A stretch of 64,000 nt of DNA from Macrostomum lignano (Eukaryota), in assembly GCA_002269645.1 (NCBI GenBank), contig NIVC01000714.1, positions 310,001 through 374,000 of the forward strand, in the 5' to 3' direction. Below the pieces are notes generated by a model. The model had not been told where the DNA came from and made no database searches. It saw only the letters and a program-made list of their open reading frames with translations. A program made the translations under genes and the position numbers. Of the stretch, positions 55,476-64,000 are shown piece after piece. How positions within the stretch are numbered: the stretch's first letter is position 1; every line of letters starts with the position of its first letter.

Positions 55476-56687
55476 GTGCAGGCTATCCAATGCCTACCCG
55501 ACTGCATATACAGAGCTAAGTCAGCGACCTCCCCTTGTCTATCTCTCGATCTATTTCATGGCAGTCTTCTGACCATGTCAGGCGACTGTCAGGCCAACTT
55601 TTTTCATCGAATTCCCCCGCAACACCACAAACGTGGCCGCCGATTCAACTTGACCTTCCGCTGGACTCACGAAGATCCCAACACCGGTGCCACCGGGGCT
55701 TCCCTGGCTCCATCTGCACCCAGTGCCACCAAGACAGCCACTCCCAACACCGCAGTCCCTCTGACTGCAAGCATGGCACCAGTCGATCTCGACGAGAGCG
55801 CCCAATCTGCCGAACTTCGTAGGATCCCAGAGGTCGTCTGCTCCAACAACGACACCACGACAGCCAGCACGATCGCAGCATCTAGCAATGAGCCCACGGC
55901 AAGCACGAGCACGGAGACCAACGCCGACTCGGTAGTGGACGGCGGCGCGACGACCATCGGGGACGTGGCAGCGAGCGCCGATGCGACGATCAGCAACGAC
56001 CCCTCAGCGGCTGCGGTTGCGGCTTCGGACGGCAATCCGGCGGCAGGCGGAACCACCGAAGTCGCCTCACCTGAGAACGGCTGTACGTCGGCAGCTGACG
56101 ACCTCTTTGTGACCCCGCCTCTTCCACGGGTGGGACTGCCTGCTTCACCTGCCAAACGCCGCTTACCATCGCCGGACTCTGAAGACTCCCCTGGTGGTCC
56201 GGAACGCCACAGGCCGCATCTGAATGACTCACCCAGCACCTTTGAGCAACCTGTTTCGCTCATCATCAGCAGGGACTGCCGGAACCTGGTACTCTGCCCA
56301 AAGCCTTTCGAGGGCCTCAAACTGCCGGCAATCACAGAGGTACATGAGTACTCACTGTCAGCCTTACCATCCCTACTGAGGTCGGCTGCCCTGCGGAACC
56401 GGCAATGCGCTCAGTCAACGGTGCTGGTCCTGCCGGACGAGCTGCTCAGCACAGACCACTGGCGAGAGTTGCTCTCTGAGGCTATCGATCTACTCAGAGC
56501 GGACAGTCTGACACGTAAGATCCTTCTGGTTCCGTCCTTTGCCAGCGGTGAAGAATTGACTCAATCTCTGAGTAAGAAACTCTCACCTGTTACTCTTATT
56601 GCTTCTCCTCCTCTTAAACCAATTGTATCCTTCTCAGCGCCGGACTTTATACTGGCGCTGGCTTCCTGGCTGAGAACTTTAAACTAG
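55476..56687 (+). CDS. PLE ORF1: partial AlkB-like motif + Ala/Thr/Ser-rich linker + possible degenerate SGNH-like domain
   Basis: 403-codon open frame; LFHGSLLTMSGDCQANFFHRIP...RRFNLTFR matches the C-terminal half of ALKBH2/3-type 2OG-Fe(II) domains; first in-frame ATG lies inside that motif. Confidence 0.6.
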   Translation: MQAIQCLPDCIYRAKSATSPCLSLDLFHGSLLTMSGDCQANFFHRIPPQHHKRGRRFNLTFRWTHEDPNTGATGASLAPSAPSATKTATPNTAVPLTASMAPVDLDESAQSAELRRIPEVVCSNNDTTTASTIAASSNEPTASTSTETNADSVVDGGATTIGDVAASADATISNDPSAAAVAASDGNPAAGGTTEVASPENGCTSAADDLFVTPPLPRVGLPASPAKRRLPSPDSEDSPGGPERHRPHLNDSPSTFEQPVSLIISRDCRNLVLCPKPFEGLKLPAITEVHEYSLSALPSLLRSAALRNRQCAQSTVLVLPDELLSTDHWRELLSEAIDLLRADSLTRKILLVPSFASGEELTQSLSKKLSPVTLIASPPLKPIVSFSAPDFILALASWLRTLN

Positions 56688-58915
56688 CTGACTACTGTAG
56701 GCCTCCCAAACTGGAAGGCAACATTTTAAATCTACACCCTACCTTCAAACTCTCCGAGTCTGAGACGAGGCTGCTAGATAAGGGACTCAATTTTATCCCA
56801 ACCCAAGCCCTTGATTTCGATGAGTTGAGGAACTGCATGACGGAATTTCATCGTAAACTTTTCTGGAAAGACTTTTTCAAAAAGAGGGGTCTCGCCAATA
56901 CCAGCCCGCCCCCCTTCACCGGGAAATCAGGGAAGGAGGTTCCCCTCAGACTTAGAAGGGATGAGTGCAACTTGTTGGTACTTGAGAACCAAAATCTGGT
57001 AGAGAATTTGACAACGGTACAGATCAAAAGCAACCTAGAGGCACCAGAGACCAGGGCGATTCAGAGGCTCAAGCGAAACAGCTCCGTCCTTATAAAAAAG
57101 GCGGACAAAGGCAACGCAGTGGTCATCATGCACCCTAAGGACTACGAATTTGCAGCCTACAACCAACTGTTTGACACTGATGCCTATCAACAGCTGGACC
57201 AGCCATTGCAACCCGTGACTGCGGAACTTATTAGGGGGATCTTCCTCAATTTATGTAACAGAAAGTTCATATCTAAGAAACAGTGTGCATTTCTTTGTCC
57301 CGGAGAGAACTTCCGTCCCCGGCATTTCTACCTGCTCCCAAAAATTCACAAGGACCCGGCCACCTGGCTGATCCCCTTTCGGGTCCCAGCAGGCAGACCT
57401 ATTGTGAGCGGATGTAGTTCTGAAGCAATTGGGGCAGAAAAGTACATAGACTTCTTTCTTAAACCGATTGCCCAAGCGCAACCCACTTTCATTAAGGACT
57501 CCTATGACTTCAAGGCACACCTTATGGATAAAAGCTGCACGGAAGGTTCGACTCTGGCAACCTGTGATGTCCAGAGTCTGTACTCCATGATCCCAATAGA
57601 TCAGGGCATTGCAGCGATCCAGGAATTCTTTAACCGATACCCGGATCCCATTAGACCGGATGCTGAAATAATAAAGCTACTGGAATTGTGTTTGTACAGG
57701 AATGACTTTGAATTTGACAAAATGATTTTCCTACAACTTAGAGGCACAGCCATGGGGCGCATATTTGCGCCCAGCTATGCCTGTCTCTTCATGAGCCTCT
57801 GGGAGGAAACTGCCTTGAGAACTGCTCTTTATAAGCCGAACATCTATTTTAGGTACATAGATGATATCTTCATTCACTGGGACCACCCGGCTGAAACTCT
57901 GACAGAATTTGTTGTACACCTAAATTCAATCAACCCCAACATCAAACTCACCGTCAGCTCCTCATCAACTGAGGTCAGTTTCCTTGACATGACCATCAGG
58001 AAAGCTGAAAACCGCTTCACAACACAACTGTTTTCAAAAGAAACAGACACTCATAGATTGTTGCACCGACAGTCCTTCCATCCGTCACACACCTTCAAGG
58101 GGGTAGTAAAATCCCAAGTCCTTCGGTACGCTCGAATCTGTGATGACTACAAGTCTTTCAACCGTGCTTTCAATTCTTTAAAATCGGAACTCAAGCAATT
58201 AGGCTACTCGAAGATTTTTCTTAGAAACTGCAAAAAGGAGGTCCTCATACTTATGAACTGGACTGCAGGACCAACGACCAATCTGGGTCTGCTTCCCAAA
58301 GGGTTCCATCCCTGTGGGTCATCCCGTTGCAAATGCTGCACCCACTCACCGCCTGCTCTCTCCGCCCAGGGACTGCAACCGGCTTCTGGTTTTTTAATCT
58401 CTCAGAGCCTGTCCTGTGGCTCCAAGAACATCATCTATGGCATCTCCTGCAACCAGTGCCACCCTGGGAAAATCTTCTATGTAGGGATGACTAGAAGAAC
58501 AATGAGAGATAGAATGAACCAGCACAGGTCAAATATTAACAGGAGAGTCGTAACTTCGGGGTCAGAGCACTTTCTCACCCCCAATCACTCAATTGCAAAC
58601 TTTGTCTCCATTGCTATCGAACAAGTTCTTAATAACAACAAAATCGAACTAAGGGAAGAAATCTGGATTAAAAAACTAGGGACTGACAAACCGCCAGGTA
58701 CGAACATCAGGGTCGACAATCATCTTCTCCGACCCATCCCAATGGTCCTTCCTTTTCACCCATCTACGGTCTGGCTTGCCAACGAGATTGCTAAAAACTT
58801 TGATAAGCTACAAAATAAACCAGGCTCCCGCATACTGCCCGCTTTTACACGGCAACGTAACTTACAGAGCCTCCTGGCTCCCAATAAGTTCAAGTCTCAG
58901 CCAGGAAACATTTAA
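56618..58915 (+). CDS. PLE ORF2: reverse transcriptase + GIY-YIG endonuclease (frame open from 56618; conserved start at 56723)
   Basis: ILNL...LSESETRLLDKGLNFIPT, KADKGNAVVIM, PKIHK, GRPIVS, DVQSLYSMIP, GTAMG..FAPSYA, RYIDDIF, C-x4-C-x-CC linker, IIYGISC..C...FYVGMT..R...H. Confidence 0.95.
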   Translation, partial: TNCILLSAGLYTGAGFLAENFKLADYCRPPKLEGNILNLHPTFKLSESETRLLDKGLNFIPTQALDFDELRNCMTEFHRKLFWKDFFKKRGLANTSPPPFTGKSGKEVPLRLRRDECNLLVLENQNLVENLTTVQIKSNLEAPETRAIQRLKRNSSVLIKKADKGNAVVIMHPKDYEFAAYNQLFDTDAYQQLDQPLQPVTAELIRGIFLNLCNRKFISKKQCAFLCPGENFRPRHFYLLPKIHKDPATWLIPFRVPAGRPIVSGCSSEAIGAEKYIDFFLKPIAQAQPTFIKDSYDFKAHLMDKSCTEGSTLATCDVQSLYSMIPIDQGIAAIQEFFNRYPDPIRPDAEIIKLLELCLYRNDFEFDKMIFLQLRGTAMGRIFAPSYACLFMSLWEETALRTALYKPNIYFRYIDDIFIHWDHPAETLTEFVVHLNSINPNIKLTVSSSSTEVSFLDMTIRKAENRFTTQLFSKETDTHRLLHRQSFHPSHTFKGVVKSQVLRYARICDDYKSFNRAFNSLKSELKQLGYSKIFLRNCKKEVLILMNWTAGPTTNLGLLPKGFHPCGSSRCKCCTHSPPALSAQGLQPASGFLISQSLSCGSKNIIYGISCNQCHPGKIFYVGMTRRTMRDRMNQHRSNINRRVVTSGSEHFLTPNHSIANFVSIAIEQVLNNNKIELREEIWIKKLGTDKPPGTNIRVDNHLLRPIPMVLPFHPSTVWLANEIAKNFDKLQNKPGSRILPAFTRQRNLQSLLAPNKFKSQPGNI

Positions 58916-59290
58916 TCATTTTAACCAATGCGCTATTTTCACCCTATTAAAGTACAATATTTATTCACGTGTCATTTATTTTATTTTATTTCATTCAAAC
59001 TGCTTAATTGTACGCTCAATATTGATTTTTATGCTCCTACCCCCAATACCGGCATTTCATCTAATCGTATAGTATCGCATATCGTATAGTACTTCGAAAT
59101 AACAATTTTTTATAACAAATATACTGTCGTTTAAAATGAATGGTGGAAAGCCTCTGGGACAAGTTAGAGCTAGGCAAAACAGGGTTTTAAATGTACATCC
59201 TTCATATGTACAACTACTCATCAATTCTATCAGACTAAGAAAAATAATACTTAAAAGACCAACTTGAATTGCATGACACACAGATTTTTT

Positions 59291-59328
59291 GGCCTGACGA
59301 AGAGCCCAGAGGCTCGAAACCGGTAGCC
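59291..59328 (+). ncRNA. Minimal type I hammerhead ribozyme of the PLE
   Basis: GGC CUGACGA A GAGCC-CAGA-GGCUC GAAA CCG GUA GCC: conserved core, 5-bp stem II, palindromic ACCGGU stem III, GUA cleavage triplet. Confidence 0.8.
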
Positions 59329-59392
59329 CATATTAAATTAATTAAGTCTTTGATTTTTTTAAACACGCCGTGACCTCTCTTCTCTCTCTCTC

Positions 59393-59486
<94 letters not shown>

Positions 59487-60169
59487 CGTGTGCTTCTGTG
59501 TGTCCAATGAACTGTGGCCGCACGGAATATAACTGGCAGTCGTAGTGGTGGTCGAGAGTCAACTACGCGCTTGTCGCTGAGCTGCTCTGCCACGTTCGCA
59601 AGCCGTGAGTCTGGCAGCGAAATCGACTCAACTAGTGGATTTTCGAGTTTTGATTATGAAGCGAGGGATTAGTGCAGGCTATCCAATGCCTACCCGACTG
59701 CATATACAGCTATGATTATTATTATTCTATACACCGTTGAGCAAGCTTCTAATATTTTATTCTCATTTGGGACTTTGCTAAGAAACTGATTGACTTGACT
59801 GGAGGAGACTCCCTTCCTGTTGGTCAGCTAAAAATGAAGTGTGTCTCGGTGTCATGGACCTCTTCGATGGGACTGCCAATCAAGAAGCTATATTGATTTT
59901 TTCTTGCCTAAGCTTCTGCTGGAGAGGGTGCGGCAGCCTTTCAAGTCTTCCGGAGAGCTCTGAATTTGAGCTGAGCAGTGAGCACACTTGAGAGCTTTCT
60001 GCCTGTTTCGTTGCTCTTGGATCAACTATATTTTCTCGGCAGAAAGGAAGCCTTTTCAAGAGCAGGTGTTTTCTCTGGTCTGAATTTCTCATGCGTGTAT
60101 GGATGGGACTTGTGCTCAAAACCTCATTTGAGAAATCGATGATGATGATGGGAATAAGAAATCTCAGTG

Positions 60170-61892
60170 CCTGTGCATCTCAGTGCTGTGTCTGTGCATC
60201 TCTGTCCTGTGTCTGTGCTGTGTCTGTGCTGTGTCTGTGCATCTCTGTGTTGTGTCTGTGCATCTCTGCCCTGTCTGTGCTGTGTCTGTGCATCTCTGTC
60301 CTGTGTCTGCTGTGTCTGTGCTGTGTCTGTGCATCTCTGTGCTGTGTCTGAGCATCTCTGTCCTGTGTCTGTGCTGTGTCTGTGCATCTCTGTGCTGTGT
60401 CTGAGCATCTCTGTCCTGTGTCTGTGCTGTGTCTGTGCATCTCTGTCCTGTGTCTGTCCTGTGTCTGTGCATCTCTGTCCTGTGTCTGTCCTGTGTCTGT
60501 GCATCTCTGTGCTGTGTCTGTGCATCTCTGTGCTGTGTCTGTGCATCTCTGTCCTGTGTCTGTGCTGTGTCTGTGCATCTCTGTCCTGTGTCTGTCCTGT
60601 GTCTGTGCATCTCTGTCCTGTGTCTGTGCATCTCTGTGCTGTGTCTGTGCATCTCTGTCCTGTGTCTGTGCTGTGTCTGTGCATCTCTGTCCTGTGTCTG
60701 TGCTGTGTCTGTGCATCTCTGTCCTGTGTCTGTGCTGTGTCTGTGCATCTCTGTCCTGTGTCTGTCCTGTGTCTGTGCATCTCTGTCCTGTGTCTGTCCT
60801 GTGTCTGTGCATCTCTGTGCTGTGTCTGTGCATCTCTGTCCTGTGTCTGTGCTGTGTCTGTGCATCTCTGTCCTGTGTCTGTGCTGTGTCTGTGCATCTC
60901 TGTGCTGTGTCTGTGCATCTCTGTCCTGTGTCTGTGCTGTGTCTGTGCATCTCTGTCCTGTGTCTGTGCTGTGTCTGTGCATCTCTGTCCTGTGTCTGTG
61001 CTGTGTCTGTGCATCTCTGTCCTGTGTCTGTGCTGTGTCTGTGCATCTCTGTGCTGTGTCTGTCCTGTGTCTGTGCATCTCTGTCCTGTGTCTGTGCATC
61101 TCTGTGCTGTGTCTGTGCATCTCTGTCCTGTGTCTGTGCTGTGTCTGTGCATCTCTGTCCTGTGTCTGTGCTGTGTCTGTGCATCTCTGTCCTGTGTCTG
61201 TCCTGTGTCTGTGCATCTCTGTCCTGTGTCTGTCCTGTGTCTGTGCATCTCTGTGCTGTGTCTGTGCATCTCTGTCCTGTGTCTGTGCTGTGTCTGTGCA
61301 TCTCTGTCCTGTGTCTGTGCTGTGTCTGTGCATCTCTGTGCTGTGTCTGTGCATCTCTGTCCTGTGTCTGTGCTGTGTCTGTGCATCTCTGTCCTGTGTC
61401 TGTGCTGTGTCTGTGCATCTCTGTCCTGTGTCTGTGCTGTGTCTGTGCATCTCTGTCCTGTGTCTGTCCTGTGTCTGTGCATCTCTGTCCTGTGTCTGTC
61501 CTGTGTCTGTGCATCTCTGTGCTGTGTCTGTGCATCTCTGTCCTGTGTCTGTGCTGTGTCTGTGCATCTCTGTCCTGTGTCTGTGCTGTGTCTGTGCATC
61601 TCTGTGCTGTGTCTGTGCATCTCTGTCCTGTGTCTGTGCTGTGTCTGTGCATCTCTGTCCTGTGTCTGTGCTGTGTCTGTGCATCTCTGTCCTGTGTCTG
61701 TGCTGTGTCTGTGCATCTCTGTCCTGTGTCTGTGCTGTGTCTGTGCATCTCTGTGCTGTGTCTGTGCATCTCTGTCCTGTGTCTGTGCTGTGTCTGTGCT
61801 GTGTCTGTGCATCTCTGTGCTGTGTCTGAGCATCTCTGTCCTGTGTCTGTGCTGTGTCTGTGCTGTGTCTGTGCATCTCTGTCCTGTGTCTG
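60170..61892. repeat. Intronic minisatellite built from TGTGTCTGTGCATCTCTG / TCCTGTGTCTGTGC modules
   Basis: Direct inspection; source of spurious 500-600 aa ORFs. Confidence 0.95.
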
Positions 61893-62036
61893 TAAAAGTG
61901 TCCGTATGTCTGAACATCTCTCTAGATGCATTTAAATCTGTAAATCTTACATTGTGTCAAGTTTCAGTTCGATACATATCGGTAAATATTCCAGCAGTTA
62001 ACTAATAGACTATCACTCCCTAAAAACTGAATGCAG

Positions 62037-62502
62037 GTGCTAAGCCAGCCCGATCTCAGCAACCAGCTGGTAGATCTCATAGAGAGCAAGTTCCATCTCA
62101 GCCGGGCAAAGTCTGTCGCAGTGATCCAGGAGCTCCGCATGTGCTTCCTTGGCCCCGGCAGGTTGCTTATCTTCGTGTTCCGGCCGGGCGAAGGCGTCTT
62201 CAAAGATCTGGATGACGCGATTCTCACCTCTCTGTTGACTTCGCAGCGTCTTTCGCGTGCCAGTCAGCTGAAGCTGACCATGGCCTGGGACCGAATGGAC
62301 CTGGCCCGTTCGCACCTGTTTCAGTACGGCCAAGATTGGAAACCTGCGGATCTGGACAGGGCCATGATGGAGGCGCTGATGAATGATCGAATCGATTTTA
62401 TTCGCCTGTTCCTCGAATGGGGCGTCAATGTGCAGCGGTTTCTAACTCGGATCAGGCTTGAAGAGCTGTATTCGTTCTGCTTGTACAGCGACGAGTCTAA
62501 GA
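62037..62502 (+). CDS. TRPM: TRPM1/3-like cation channel, exon 4 (gene continues beyond the window)
   Basis: DLDDAILTSLL...QLKLTMAWDRMDLARSHLF...AMMEALMNDRIDFIRLFLEWGV...FLT..RLEELY; TGCAG acceptor phase 0, GTGAGC donor. Confidence 0.92.
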
Positions 62503-62565
62503 GTGAGCGTGGGCATGACCCTTATTTGAAGCTTTTATAAAGTAATGCCCTCGATTGTCCTTTGT

Positions 62566-64000
62566 GAGGCCATGACCCTAATTTGGTGTCATTATGAGGC
62601 CATGACCCTAATTTGGTGTCATTATGAGGCCATGACCCTAATTTGGTGTCATTATGAGGCCATGACCCTAATTTAAGGTGTTCTTATGAGACCATGACCC
62701 TAATTTGGTGTCATTATGAGGTCATGACCCTAATTTGGTGTTCTTATGAGACCATGACCCTAATTTGGTGTTATTATGAGGCCATGACCCTAATTTGGTG
62801 TCATTATGAATCCATGACCCTAATTTGGTGTCATTATGAGTCCCTAATTTGGTGTTTTTATGAGACCATGACCCTAGTATGGTGTTATTATGAGGTCATG
62901 ACCCTAATTTGGTGTTCTTATGAGACCATGACCCTAATTTGGTGTTATTATGAGGCCATGACCCTAATTTGGTGTCATTATGAATCCATGACCCTAATTT
63001 GGTGTCATTATGAGTCCCTAATTTGGTGTTTTTATGAGACCATGACCCTAATTTGGTGTTATTATGAGGCCACGACCCTAATTTGGTGTCATTATGAATC
63101 CATGATCCTAATTTGGTATCATTATGAGTCCCTAATTTGGTGTTCTTATGAGGCCATGACCCTAGTATGGTGTTATTATGAGGTCATGACCCTAGTTTGG
63201 TGTTATTATGAGACCATGACCCTAATTTGGTGTCATGAGGTCATGACCCTAATTTGGTGTTATTATGAGGCCATGACCCTAGTTTGGTGTTATTATGAGG
63301 CCATGACCCTAATTTGGTGTTATTATGAGGCCATGACCCTAGTATGGTGTTATTATGAGACCATGACCCTAGTATGGTGGTATTATGAGACCATGACCCT
63401 ACCCTAGTATGGTGGTATTATGAGACCATGACCCTAGTATGGTGTTATTATGAGACCATGACCCTAGTATGGTGCTATTATGAGGCCATGACCCTAATTT
63501 GGTGTTATTATGAGACCATGACCCTAATTTGGTGTCATTATAAATCCATGATCCTAATTTGGTGTCATTATGAGTCCCTAATTTGGTGTTCTTATGAGAC
63601 CATGACCCTAGTATGGTGTTATTATGAGATCATGACCCTAATTTGGTGTTATTATGAGGCCATGACCCTAGTTTGGTGTCATTATGAGGCCATGACCCTA
63701 GTTTGGTGTCATTATGAGGCCATGACCCTAATTTGGTGTCATTATGAGACCATGACCCTAGTATGGTGGTATTATGAGATCATGACCCTAGTATGGTGTT
63801 ATTTTGAGACCATGACCCTAGTTTGGTGTCATTATGAGGCCATGACCCTAGTTTGGTGTCATTATGAGGCCATGACCCTAGTTTGGTGTCATTATGAGAC
63901 CATGACCCTAGTATGGTGGTATTATGAGATCATGACCCTAGTATGGTGTTATTTTGAGACCATGACCCTAGTATGGTGCTATTATGAGGCCATGACCCTA
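62566..64000. repeat. 30-bp intronic minisatellite (CATGACCCTAATTTGGTGTTATTATGAGGC)
   Basis: Direct inspection; runs off the window. Confidence 0.96.

Noticed and set aside
60124-62005. Several 460-610 aa ORFs on both strands
   Set aside because: Translations of an intronic minisatellite in TRPM intron 3.

Overview
Repeat-dense eukaryotic (animal) genomic DNA with spliced genes. GC-rich exons and introns filled with minisatellites suggest a free-living flatworm such as Macrostomum (inference only). Host genes reconstructed by eye from homology plus phase-compatible GT-AG junctions: (1) a single-exon, single-TM protein that aligns in register with KCNE channel beta-subunits (664-1011, -); (2) a 2-exon secreted IL-17-like cystine-knot precursor (3001-4494, +); (3) a multi-exon Niban/FAM129 gene (~7.8-15.4 kb, -); (4) POP4/Rpp29 (38997-47654, +) with a 7.4 kb satellite-filled intron; (5) the 5' part of a TRPM1/3-like channel (50719 onward, +). 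Mobile DNA includes two tRNA-derived SINE families, two head-to-tail APE-type LINE copies joined through (GAT)n, Mutator/foldback-like MITEs, a mariner with one nonsense codon, and a Penelope-like element (PLE) in TRPM intron 3. The PLE is the most unusual object. It has an upstream ORF1 with a partial AlkB-like motif. ORF1 ends at a U_UUA_AAC heptamer that would shift -1 into an ATG-less RT-GIY-YIG frame. It also has an apparently permuted C-terminal motif order, a minimal hammerhead ribozyme and direct terminal repeats. Most long ORFs in the supplied track are artefacts of tandem repeats.
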